From Octopus sinensis (Eukaryota), in NCBI RefSeq assembly GCF_006345805.1, contig NC_043008.1, positions 31,248,001-31,312,000 on the forward strand: DNA of 64,000 nt, in the 5' to 3' direction. Below the pieces are notes generated by a model that saw nothing but the letters and a program-made list of their open reading frames with translations, did not search any database and was not told the DNA's origin. Below are positions 12,819 through 25,200 of this stretch, one piece after another (position 1 is the stretch's first letter; the number at the start of each line of letters is the position of its first letter). The translations under genes and the position numbers were made by a program.

Positions 12819-14339
12819 TATTCTTTTACTCTCTTACTTGTTTCAGGCATTTGCTTGTGGCCATGCTTGAGCACTGCCCATTTAATATATATATATATTA
12901 ATCATGTGTATGTATAAATATGTGGATGTATTTATATGTGTGTGTGTGTGTGTGTCTTTGTGTTTGTCCACCACTCATTTGAAAGCTGGTGTTGGTTTGT
13001 TTACATCTCCTGTAACTTACTTGTTCAGCAAAAAGACATGTATAGAATAAGTACCTGGCTTAAAAAAACGTACTGGTTTTGATTTATTCATCTAAAACCC
13101 TTCAAAGCAATGCCCCAACATGGCCACAGTCAAGTGATTGAAACAACTGAAAGAAAAGATAAAATAGGAGCGGGGAGAGAGGTAGCATTTGAAAGTGGCA
13201 CGGGAGGCACTGAGGGTTTCTTTTGGTCAGAGTCAGTGTGAGAAGAAACAAAATAATAGCTGATATGGAAACTTGTTAAGAGGAGTGACTGATAGGAAAA
13301 TACAATTTGACTGCATTGTTTTCTGCATTAATCCATGACATGAACGCAAGCATAAGATATGCAAATAAATCTAATGTAAAAAAAAAAATCCTTCATTTTA
13401 TTTTTTATGAAAGATAATTTTAAAAGAGGCTATGTACATGCAAAGTATGTCTTAATTCAATTGTGTGGCTTCCATTGTTATAATTGAATGTTTAGTTTTA
13501 AGTACGGAAGTCAACTTGGCTGCACACACACACATGCATACGTGCACACATACACACACACTTTGAAAACAAAGTGTTAAGTAATGCTTTTTCAATTTTG
13601 TGTTGATATTAAGATTAGTCTTTTATGTTGTACTTGTGTGAAGTATTTTTGCATTTTGGTTGGCGCAGGCATGACTTAGTGGTTAAGAAGTTCATTTCCC
13701 AACTGTGTGACTCCAGATGCAGCCTTATGAAGGGATTTGATCAGCAGAAACTGAAAGAAGCTTGTTAAGTTCTAGGCAGTAGATCTCATGGCTTTTGATC
13801 TTAACTAATTAGAATTGCAATTATCATGTACATTATTTGTCTTGGTGTAAAAGATAAGCTACACCAAATATTCTACTTAATACACAGATTTGCTTGTCAC
13901 TTGTTTGATTATAACCAACAAGCATGTCCCTTAGTGGCTGACAATATATGCATCTCTGATCACGAGCAGGAGTGATGGGGGAGCATCATAGCCATGTGTT
14001 GAGAGGGGTTCTTTAGAGTTTGAATAATTCATTCCTGGAAACATTGGTGCTTCAGTCATCATCTTTAAACAGCCCTTATTCAGGAACTTTTTGAACAGGA
14101 TGGGCTACTCAACCTGAAGAAAATTTTAACTGAACCTCACCTGCAAGGTCTTGCATGGTTTATCTTGATATGAGGTCACCATGCTGCATACATATGGTTG
14201 TGATGCATGTGTTCGGTATGCTCTTATCAGATGGGAAGTCATGATGAGTATATTGGGCTTTGTATATTTGTACCCCAGCATCACTCAATGATAATGCACA
14301 TGCATGTGAGGTAATAGAAAAAGTTACCTTCTTGAATCA

Positions 14340-14570
14340 TGCCAACTGATAAGGGCTGGTTTCCCAGTTTCCATGGAATGTAAATTCCCCACCTGGATGA
14401 GATGCCAGCCTGTCACAGATTTACTCATTTTTACCTGCTGAGTAGACTGAAACAAGGTGATATGAAGTGTTTTGCTCAAGACCTCAACATGTCGCCAGAG
14501 CCAGGAATCAAAACCACAGTCTTATAGTCATGAGTCCAACACCCTAACTATTAAGCCACATGCCTCCACT
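14340..14570 (-). mobile_element. tRNA-derived SINE related to families C and D
   Basis: Minus-strand GTGGAGGCATGTGGCTTAATAGTTAGGG head, CAAAACACTTCATATCACC...CAGCAGGTAAAAATGAGT body; 3' part shared with family D. Confidence 0.7.
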
Positions 14571-15659
14571 GCTCATGCATGTACACACGTATGTATGTGT
14601 TTGTACACTGACACTTGTTAATACTTGAGAAAGAGTCAGAATGAAGGTTAGATTATGTCATTTATGAAAATAGTATATAGCCATGTTAGTCTGTACTTAT
14701 TTTAAGGAGGGAACAGCAACAGACAGCACAACTGTTTTTGAGTATTGAAAGCAGGTCATGACTTCATCATTGTGGAGGAGGAGGAGGTGGAGTGAGCTGG
14801 CAATTGATACTAGTAATGTCTACAAATATGGTAACTGTGTGTGGGTTTTAACAATGTCAGTTGGCTAGCAACAATGAACAATTGAGAGACCTGTTCAAGG
14901 TTCAATCATAGTTGTTGTTGTTTTTGCTGTTATTATCCTTAATAGCCTGTGTCAGTAATGTATGTTTTAAGTAAAGAGTAGATCATTAGTAAAATTGGAA
15001 ATAATTACACTGGATATTGGGATGAACTGGGAGTGGGGGCAGGGGTACCATTTGAAAGCCATGTGTGTGTGTATGTCCCTTCTCCATTTACCAACAATTT
15101 ACCATTAATAGATCTAATTTCTTTCTTGTCTTTTTTTTGGGGTTTTACCATAATTTTTTTCTCTTTAATTTTGTCTTTATGCCTTTACAACTTTCTAACA
15201 CATTTCTAAATGGATATGCGTGTGTAGTTTTGTGTGTATGTGTTCCTTATCAGTTTAATATGCACATTTTCATGCTCAAGTGGGTTAGTCCCAGTTTTGT
15301 TAAGGTGGATTTTCTATGACTGGATGCTTTTCCTGTTGTCAAACCGTATCTGTTTGCAGCTGAGGTAATAACTTTCCCATGACCAGATATGTTTTCATGG
15401 GAAATTGGAAACAAAGAACACTACCTGCAAGGTGGCAACACTTGTTTACAACAATCACATGATGTCAAGTCAAAGGGATAGTGTTTATGTGCGTCTGTTT
15501 ATATTGTTCTCTTATGTCAAACCACTAAGTTACAGGAATGTAAACTAACCAAACCAGTTGTCATGCAGTTTTTGGGAAAAATCACAGACAGGCACACACA
15601 AATACACACACAGGTGTAGGTGTGGCTATAGGTGTAGCAAAGGGTGCATTGTGGCGATA

Positions 15660-16033
15660 GGCACAGGTGTGTCTGTGTGGTAACAAGTTTGCTTCTCAAC
15701 CACATGGTTCCAGGTTTACCTTGGGTAAGTATCTTTTACTATAGCCTCAGGCCAACCAAGACCTTGTGAGTGGATTTGGTAGGCAGAAACTTAAAGAAGC
15801 CTATTATATGTGTGTGTATCTTTGTTGGTGTGTTTGTCTGCACCCAAGCTTGACAACCGGTGTTGGTGTGCTTACATTGCTGTAACTTAATAGTTCAACA
15901 AAAGAAACCGAAAGGATGAGTAGCAGGCTTTATAAAAACATAGATACTGAGGTTGATTCATTTGACTAAAATTCTTTAAGGCTGTGCCCCAGTATGGCCA
16001 CAGTCTAATGGCTGAAACAAGCAAAAGAAAAAG
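15660..16033 (+). mobile_element. SINE family A (full length)
   Basis: Colinear with 3718-4090. Confidence 0.9.
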
Positions 16034-16261
16034 ATATTTATCTGTCTGTCTGTCTGTCTGTCTGTATGTATGTATGTATGTATACGCAATACACACACAC
16101 ACACATGCATACACAGTATAGTAAAATTTTTAAACCTTTTTTTTTTTTTTTCCAACTTGATAAATGGAGAAATTAATTAGTATTTCACCCTGGAAATCCT
16201 GGGTAGTTTTATTTCAGGAGGTTTTAGTGGGTATTAATTAAAATAATATATATATACATGA

Positions 16262-16400
16262 TCTCTAACTGTGGAGCGAAACTGTGGAAGTGGTAGACTG
16301 AAGAAGACATGGGACAAGGTGGTGAAGCATGATCTTCAAATGTTGGGTGTCATGCATGCATTGGCAAGTGATCAAGACCTTAAGCAATTTGCTATACTTG
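16262..16400 (+). mobile_element. RTE LINE 3' ORF fragment
   Basis: LTVERNCGSGRLKKTWDKVVKHDLQMLG is homologous to the peptide ends at 4260-4420 and 47930-48140. Confidence 0.7.
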
Positions 16401-17327
16401 AAATCATAGTCGTGGCTAGTGACTCGTGAAAAACACCCATTACACTCTTGGAGTTGTTGACGTTAGGAAGGGCTTGCAGCCATAGAAACCATGCCAAATC
16501 AGACTGGAACCTGGTATAGCTCTCTTGCATACCAGTTCAGTCAAACTATCTAACCCATGCCAACATAGAAAGTGGATGCTAAATGATACACAGACACACA
16601 TACAGATATGTATAAATAAGTGCAGATGTAAATAAACGCACCTATGCATACTTGTCTATTTGTGTGTGTTTATGTACGCACACACACTTGTGTATTTGTG
16701 TGTGTTTATGTACGCGCACACACACCACACACACACACACACACATGTATATATACATTTATTTGAAATTAGTTGTATGCTTATATGTTTGTGAGTGTCT
16801 ATATATATAGTTATCTATATATTGTGCTTTCTACCTATCCTTTGCTATCAACCAATCTATGTGTCTATATAACTCACTAATTATACAAACATAGATATCC
16901 TGTAATTAAATGATATAAAATAAATGAAAAGAAAGAAGTAATCTGCTATAATTGCCAAAGTGTGAAAATTTAATTCTCATCATTTCTGTATGGTAGACTT
17001 AATGTGGCTGCCCAATTTAATGTCTGCCCACCCTGCCCCAACCCCAGTCTTTGAGTGCTTTTAGTGGGGTCCAGTCTGTTATGTACATTTGGGCCAAGTC
17101 ACTGGTTTAAGAAAAAATTTTCCTCCTTTCTTTCTAGTTTCTTAACTCAAAAAAAAACTGAAATTGGTGATGGGTACTGTCCTTCCTCTTTAAATAATTG
17201 GATTAAAATTACATTCCAGTCACCAACCCTAACCTGCAAGGTTTGGCAACAAGGAAAGTGTCTGATCATAAAAACCTTGCTTCAAGTACCTCACGATTTA
17301 ACCTTTTCTAGTTGGGAAAAATGGACA

Positions 17328-17553
17328 TTAACTCTTTAGCATTCACATTGTTCTGTCAAAATGCTTATTTATTCACATTGTTTTGAATTAATCATGCATT
17401 ATCTTGTTAGTATCAGATTTTGATGATGTAACTGTTAATTTTTTTAGAATGATATTGTAGGGCTGGTGTGAAAAATCAGATCTGGCAAGTATGAACATAA
17501 AACAGGTAGAATATTTTCGCTGGATATGGCCAGTTTAAATGGTAAAGGGTTAA
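17328..17553 (-). mobile_element. MITE family 1, complete uninterrupted copy
   Basis: TTAA-CTCTTTAGCATT ... AATGGTAAAGGG-TTAA; about 220 bp; TTAA at both ends. Confidence 0.9.
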
Positions 17554-18032
17554 CCAGCAAAGTGACAATGTAGTAAGAAGCTTGTTTCCTAACCTCATGG
17601 TTTCTTGGGCAAGTGTCTTCCCCTATAGACCCAGGCCAACCAAAGCCTTGTGAGAGGATTTGGTAGACTGAAACAGAAAAAAGGCCATTGTGTGTGTGTG
17701 TGTGTGTGTGTGTATTACTGCCTCCTTGATCATGTGATAGTGGTAAGGAAGTATCACTGTCATGCAAGCGGTGTCCTTCATTTCCAGGCTTCTATGAAAA
17801 CATGTCTGTTCTGACAGAATATTACCCGACTTGGAAATAGGTGAAGGTTGATGACAGGAAAGGCATCCAACTGCAGACATCTGTCTCAGCAAATTCCATT
17901 CAGCCCTTGCAAGTGTGGAAAAGTGGTTGTTAAATGATGATGATAATTACTAGATTATTGAAATATTTCTTAGGTAAAGGCATTACACTTTGATTGAATT
18001 GTAAAATGCTACCAATAATTACTACATTTGCA

Positions 18033-18345
18033 GTGAGCTGGCAGGATCATTAGCACACCAGGCAAAATATTTAGCAACATTACCTCAGCCTTTACATTCT
18101 GAATTCAAATTCTGCTGAGGTCAAGTTTACCTTCAAGGTGGTGAACTGGTAGAATCGTTAGCACACCTGGCAAAATGCTTAGCAACATTTTGTCCATCTT
18201 TATGTTCTGTGTTCAAATTCCACCAAAGTCAACTTTACCTTTCATCCTTGAGGGCTTGATAAAATAAGTACCACTACGATCGATGTAATAGTCTTACTCC
18301 TTTCCCCAAAATTGCTGGCTTTTTGCTAAATTTTGAAATCAATAA
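18033..18345 (+). mobile_element. SINE family B with tandemly duplicated ~100-bp 5' head
   Basis: GTGAGCTGGCAGGATCATTAGCACACC...TTCAAATTC at 18033 is repeated as GTGAACTGGTAGAATCGTTAGCACACC at 18141, followed by a single body. Confidence 0.8.
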
Positions 18346-19590
18346 TTACTACATGCCACTCTGAGTCACAACAATATACATGTATAAAGCTACTTATGTT
18401 TTAAAATGACGGCTTTTGTTTTTTGCTTGAAACATTTTTTTACTGGTCCACTGAGTAGTTTAATGATATAAAAATTTAATTAGAAACTATGATACTACAC
18501 CAACAACAAATACATGCACTGGTTCAGTTTTACTTCTTTATTATTAGTGAATTGGTTAGTTATTAAACTACTAACTAACTGCTTGCTTAATCACACTGTT
18601 AATCAATCAGTCAGATTTTTGTCAAAGTTGTAAGTAACTATCCAACTGTAACTAACCAACTGATTAATAATGAAGTGAAGTTAAACCAGTGCATGTGTTT
18701 ATTACTGGTGTAATGACCCTTCCAAGATACAACAAAATTTGTTTCAACACATGAGTTTACATCAAGAATCTTACAATTCAAATACGAAAATGAAATAATA
18801 CTATATTTTTTAAATATTGGTTTCAAATTTTGGCACAATGCCAGCAATTTCGGAGTAAGTCAATTACATCAACCCCAGTGCTCAACTGGTATTTATTGTA
18901 TTGACCCTGAAAGGATGAAAGGCAAATTTGAACTCAGAACATAAAGACTGGTGAAATGCTGCTAAGCATTTTGCCTGGGGTGTTAACAATTCCACCAGCT
19001 TGCCAGCTTATACTTGCAAAACAATTACAATATAATTTACAGAAAACTGAAAGATTTGTCATTTTCAACATTCAAGAAGTTTATTCATTAGAATATTCAT
19101 GGTAAAACTGAATTCCACAAGGATTTTTTTTTTGTTTTCTACTGCTATTTAAAATGTATTTCATTATTGTTCCCATTTCTCATCTTAGTTAAAGCGGCAT
19201 AAAATTCCTTGACTTAAAACTAGTAAAAATAATTGTCAATTTGATTAAATGATTAAATGACTGTTTTGTGTCTTGGTCATGGCAAAATTCAGGTATCATG
19301 GGAAATCGTCCATTATTCATCACAACTGGAAGATTTATATCTTTTCATTCTCTTAGTTATGGTGATTGTTCATTCCATTTGGTCAAATGATAGCAACCAC
19401 TTGGTCTGGTGTAATGCATCACTTTCTCCAACCCACTCATTTTCATTCTCTCTCACTCTCACTCTTTTTGCCACTTTGGGCAATTTGATAAACATCTCAT
19501 TCCTTCACTCACTTTTATTTTACTTCTACAGTTGCTTAGTCTCTTTATATATCATCAAGCAGTTTCCTACTTATACATTATCATATTAGT

Positions 19591-20004
19591 ATATTATTTA
19601 CATTTGATGGCTATTTGTCCTCATCTTGTTTGTTGTTAACACAATGTTTCGGCTGATACACCCTTCAGCCTTCATGAGGTGTCTTGGGGAAATTTCGAAC
19701 CTGGGTTCTCGTTCTTAAGATATTTTTTGATATTATTATTATAATTAGTATTATTATTCAGGTCACTGCCTGGAATTTTGGAGTTAGTAGCCCATGCTCT
19801 TAACCACTACGCCATACATCCATGGGCAATTATGGAGTGAATTAGATTTATAAGCCCTAAAATTCACTCCATAATTGCCCACGGGCATATGGCATAGTGG
19901 TTAAGAATGTGGACTACTAACCCCAAAATTCCGAGTTCAATTCCGGGCAGTGACCTGTATAATAATAATAATAATAATGATAATAACATCAAAAAATACC
20001 TTAG
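19591..20004. mobile_element. Palindromic tRNA-head/hammerhead element, copy A (right arm truncated)
   Basis: Inverted arms with tRNA-like heads pointing outward; central 20-bp perfect inverted repeat (19824-19843/19861-19880); colinear with copy B at 59551-60028. Confidence 0.85.
19634..19687 (-). ncRNA. Minimal type I hammerhead ribozyme motif (G5-to-C core change)
   Basis: Minus strand AAGACAC-CTCATGA-A-GGCTG-AAGGGTGTAT-CAGCC-GAAA-CATT-GTGTT: stem I GACAC/GTGTT, perfect stem II GGCTG/CAGCC, GAAA core. Confidence 0.7.
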
Positions 20005-20019
20005 ACTTTAATGATACAA

Positions 20020-21401
20020 TAGACATATTGTGTAAAATTCTGAGTGGAAAAAGCTCAACACATGTTAAAAGTGTCTGAACATAGAGAAAAACAACAACAA
20101 GGACTACATCACATATGATTGTAGAGTAAACAGGACATGTGAGACGTTTAAACTGAATGAATTAATACACAAGGACACAGAAAGAAAACTGGAACAAAAC
20201 CAGGATGTAACCCTACAGCAAGTGTCAGAAGAATATGAAAGGATAATCAAATGAAGACAAGACACTAAGGAAATTGAACTTTATGATTGTTTCCAAGTAA
20301 AGCAAGTGTGAAATGGTTTTAAAAGACACAACAAAAATCAGGAAATAAATCTATTTTGCATGTGGAAGTATACACCATTTAAAAAAGCAAAGTACTTTCG
20401 TTGTAGTAATATCGGACACATAAAGACACACTGTAGAGCGAAGATGACAAAACATCAGAACAAAGGAAAGAGAATAGTATGTCATCGGAAGAAATTGGCA
20501 ATATAATGAGAAAATTCGTGAAGGTGGAAATATATAGTTGGTTCAGTTGAAGATTCGAATGTAGCTGAGGGACTGAAACAAAACATTACAATAAAACAGA
20601 GTGGAACACCTGGATGAAAGGCAAAACGAACTAAAGATTTGCCCACGATAAAAAGTAAATATTGTCCAAAAGTAGATGTTCTGTGTTTGAGACTCCACTT
20701 CGATTTTGCTGGTCCTTTAAATGGTTCTCACTACTTAGTGGTAGATGATAGTTTCTCAAAATCGCCTGAAATTCGTAAGTGTAAAAAACCAACCTCCTCC
20801 ACAGTAATAAATTTTTTTACACAAATTGTTTGCAAGATTTAGCATCCCAGATAAGATAGTGTCTGACAATGGAATGCAATTTGTGTCTAGCAAATTGAAA
20901 AAATTTTGTGAAACATTCACGGTAGGACATATAACTATGGCACCATACCATCCTAGATCTAATGGACAAGGAAAACACTTTGTTGATACCTTCAAAAGAG
21001 CTCTTAGAAAATCGAATAAAATAGTCACAGATGAGGTGGTATCTCTACAGCAATTTTTAAAAGTGTACTGTGTGACACCAAATCTGAATACACCAGCAGG
21101 GAGATCACCAGTGGAGCTGATGTTTGCATGGAAAGTAAAATCAGTCTTCGATAAATTGCTACTTGGCAAGAAAAGAAAACGTGCTAGGAAAAACATAGCA
21201 AGCTTTGTTAAAGTTAGTGTAAAGGTGTACATGAAGCTGTACAAGCATGGAAAGCAGAGTTGGGAAGATGGTGTAATTACTAAATGTATAGGTAAAATGA
21301 GGTATTGGGTAAAAAGTAGAAAAGGCATACAAAAAAGACACAGGAACCAACTGAAAAAGGGCTTCGTGGAAAGCAAACCAAATCTCAACTTTTATTTCTG
21401 A
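20020..21401 (+). mobile_element. Ty3/Gypsy LTR retrotransposon remnant (gag, zinc knuckle, integrase; PR/RT/RH deleted)
   Basis: Gag-like DYITYDCRVNRTCETFKLNEL and KLEQNQDVTLQQVSEEYERI; knuckle FRCSNIGHIKTHC; integrase LRLHFDFAGPLNGSHYLVVDDSFSK, IVSDNGMQF and PYHPRSNGQ; frameshifts present; no LTR pair found. Confidence 0.9.
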
Positions 21402-21829
21402 GTAGGAAACTGATGACAAATCTTTAATGAATGTTGATGGAAAGAGTCTTACTAATAAGCTGCACTGCTTATTATGAACCCTTTTGTTACCATGTTTCTG
21501 TCAACATATATAGCCTTTGTTTCAGTTAATTTTTTAAACAATGGAGAATTTAGCAAAATAACCATATCATTATTAAGCTGGGGTTGGAACAAATTACCAT
21601 AAAATTTTGATGAAAGATTATAATTTAGACCATTTTAAAACAATAAGTTCATAGAAGAAGGGAAAGAAAAGAAAAATAGGAAAGATTCTGACAATGTGGG
21701 AAGTTTCACAAAACCTTTTTTTCAGGTGCAAAGGCCCATCCTCAGAAGAAAAATTGTCTGGGAAATGTCTAGCTATACAGGTTCCGTTAATCTATTCAAA
21801 TTCATCAGCATTATGTTAATGGCAGTCAC

Positions 21830-21920
21830 TCTCTAAATGTTGGTGTAATCAACTCTCCAAGTGTTGGTGTAATCAACTCTCCAAGTGTTGGTGTAATCAA
21901 CTCTCCAAGTGTTGGTGTAA
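21830..21920 (+). repeat. 24-bp tandem repeat (TCAACTCTCCAAGTGTTGGTGTAA) x3 plus degenerate units
   Basis: Three identical units read directly; related units upstream and near 21945-22010. Confidence 0.9.
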
Positions 21921-23066
21921 ACAAATATCCAATGGTTGCTGTAGGCAACTCACCATCTGTTGGATGATGTGACAGCGTTATGTTAGCAATAGTAGCAGTC
22001 ACTCTCCAAGTTTATGTTATAGAACCTGGGGCAGTCTTAGGCAAGTTGGTATCAAAAAAGTTAATAAGATGCAATGGCCCAGATGAAATTTTATTTGCTG
22101 AAAAATGTTTCTTAACCTAGATGAACCCATGTAGCAGGATTATCAGTTCATGGTTGCAGTGTTGTAAAAGATAGCATTCCTTGGCCTTATGGGATGTCAC
22201 AGCTTGCAGCAACAGGATCCCAAATACTGGAGACGATGACATTATACGTAACAATAGAACTCTAGTGATATCAGCAAAGAGAGGAAATGGAGTAACTGGA
22301 ATAAGCAACTAAAATATCAATGCAGTCAAGTAATGTAACAATAAGATTTTATCTCAGATGTGTGAATAGACGAGATTTTCAACAATGGTGAAATGTTGTT
22401 CAGAACAGCAGTCAAATGACATAAGCCTCTCTTTTAATGTATTCATTATATATAATATACATATATATATAAAGGTGCAGACATAGTTGTGTGCTAAGAA
22501 GTTTGCTTCTCAACCACATCGTTTCAGGTTCAGTCCCACTGTATGGCACCTTAGACAAGTGTCTTCTACTATGGCCCTGACTCAACCAAAGCCTTATGAG
22601 TGGATTTGGTAGATGGAAACTGAAATAAATCTGTTGCGTAAATGTGTGTGTGTTTATGAGTACAGAAAAAAAGAAGCAGAAGATCTGATATTTTAGTGTG
22701 TCTCTATGTGTCCCACAACTTAATGATTCAAAGTATGAGACTGATAGAATAACTTCCATACTAAAAGAAATTCTCACTTCAATCATCATCATCATTTAAC
22801 ATCCCCTTTTCCATGCTGGCATGGGTTGGGCTATTCAAGAAGAGCAGACAAGCCAAAAGCTGTGCCAAATTCTATGTCTGATTTGGCATGGTTTCTACAG
22901 CTGCATGCCCTTCCTAATGCCAACAACTTAACAGAATGTACTGGGTCCTTTTTATGTGGCACCCGCACCAGTGAGGTTGCCCTGTATCTACAAGATAAGA
23001 TCCCTCAATTGAGTGGAGCATAGAATAGAAAGATAAGAAACTATGATAGAGGAGAAAATATCTCGC

Positions 23067-24679
23067 TTAACCTTTTAGTGTTTAAACTGACCATAACTGG
23101 CTGAAAATTATTCCCCTTCATTTGTTTGAACCAGCCAAATCTGACCGTACATGATTTCTCTATGAAATCACTAAAAAAATAAACAAATCACATTATCAAA
23201 TTCTCATAGCTTTGAGATAATGCCTTTTCCACCTTTATTCAAGTAAAAATACAGTGAAATTTTTGAGACTTCTTAGTATTTTCAACATTTGAAGAGAAGT
23301 GTTTACCTTAGTTTTTAACGATATGGTGTCAGCAGGAAGTGATTCCGACTTCAAAGGTCTTACTCATGTTGATTCACAAAATATAAATGCAAACAGCAGT
23401 GATTTGTCTTTGGTTGAATCATTTTGACATTTATGAATCTTCTTTGGACGAGAAAGATTTTGATAATGAAAGTGATGAAAATGATATTGAAAACAATACA
23501 GCAACATGGTTGAAGATTACTACATCAACCAGAAAAGACTAGTCCACAGTAAAAGTTACTATAAACATTATTTTGGTATCAAGCAGCTTCCTCAACTGTG
23601 GAATTACTGTAATCCTGTTATAAGGTATGGTGATCCATATATCTCCAGCATTATGTCTAATGATAGTTAATTCATATATTGTTTTATGTAAAAAACCACA
23701 AAGTACCTCTGCCACCAAAGGACTACGACCATTTGAAATTTTAGGTTGACATCGCATCTCAGTTACGTGAGGGCTTTTCTTCCAGAAAGCATAGAACTAG
23801 GAGAAAAGCAAAATTAACTGAAGTGGATGTCAACAGAGGAAATATCGACTCCATAAAGTGGGAAAAATAAATGGAAGGAAAAAAGTTTGTAGACTTGCTT
23901 TGCTGAAAAAAAAAAAAACTACGAAAGGATATCAAGTCGAGACCTCATATATGCGTTCATTTTGCCCTTGTGTAAGGGTAGTTTGGATAGTTTCACGATA
24001 GAAATATGGCATAACTATATTTTGTTGTTTGATAGTAATACTATTATATATTCCTTTCATTTTATTACAAATATTATGTGAATATGAGAACTACATATTC
24101 ATTTTCAGTATGTTATACTCCTGTATTCACCTTTGCCTTACCTGTTAATGAGCTGCATTCATTAAATTGTATAAGAGTGCATAGCCAATGGTATATTGAC
24201 TAGTAAAAGAGTTTTGTACTTCATTTTCAATGAAAATGTTTGAATAAAATATAAAGAATAAAATCTTGTACTGATTATACCTGTATTTTAATTAATTTAA
24301 ATTAATGTACCCCATCTTGAAAAGGTTCAAAATGGTTGGCAGTTGACATCTGAGATCATTTTAGTAACAAATCAAATAGGTAAGGTGCATTAAGAATTTC
24401 AATTTTAGTGTTTATCCACAATGTTATTGCTTTTACAGCTGTTAATTAAATTTCCCTCCCCATAAAAGTCAAATTTAATCAGCTAAAGATACATAACAAT
24501 AATCTACTGGTATATAAGCACCCACGGACAAAGTTTCAAATCTGTATGTAAAAAATGTACAAAGTTGCAAGCAAATATTGTGGACATTCTTCTTGAATGT
24601 GAATAATTCAAAATAACGTGAACAAATTAGCATTGCATTTGATACATTTGACAGATTAACCGGAACACTAAAAGTTTAA
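23067..24679 (+). mobile_element. Internally deleted piggyBac-like DNA transposon bounded by MITE-family-1 termini
   Basis: TTAA-CCTTTTAG left end, CTAAAAGT-TTAA right end; internal decayed peptides MVSAGSDSDFKG, GIKQLPQLWNY...GDPYISSIMSN, NSYIVL...DIASQLREGFSSRK, HKVGKINGRKKVCRL...TKGYQVETSY...PLCKGS are typical of PGBD-type transposases. Confidence 0.8.
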
Positions 24680-24929
24680 GACATGAATACATGGCTTGCC
24701 CATCTAAAGAGAGAGAGAGAGAGATGTGGTCCAAGGTGAATATGAGACAATAGGATAGAACAGAAAAGGTGGATGTGTAGGTAAGTGCACTAAATAAAAA
24801 TAGTGTGACAGATGATTAGGGATAGGAAATGAGTTTAATGCAGAGAAGAAGTGAATAAAATAGGGTAACATAGAAGATTGATGGGAGAGTAGGTGTTAGA
24901 AGAGTTGAGAGATGGCTTAACAGAACTTC

Positions 24930-25200
24930 AATTCTACTGAGATGGATGGGTCTTCTCAATGAGCACAGCATATTGCCATTCACCATCATCTCTGAGAGGC
25001 TCAACATCTTGAAGAAAGTTTTCACCACTTTGTTCGATGTCTTCCTAGGTTTTCCTCTTCCACAGGTTCCTTCTACATATAGTGATTGACACTTCTTTAT
25101 ACAGCTGTACTCACCCATTTGCAATGCATGACTATACCAGCACACTTTTCTCTCCTGCACACAACATTTGATGTGCCCAATTTTTCTCTTGGCACATTTG
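24930..25200 (-). mobile_element. RTE LINE 3' ORF fragment
   Basis: IKCCVQERKVCWYSHALQMGEYSCIKKCQSLYVEGTCGRGKPRKT. Confidence 0.8.

Noticed and set aside
21405-21470. Gypsy polypurine tract and 3' LTR start
   Set aside because: No matching 5' LTR upstream of gag, and the purine tract is weak.
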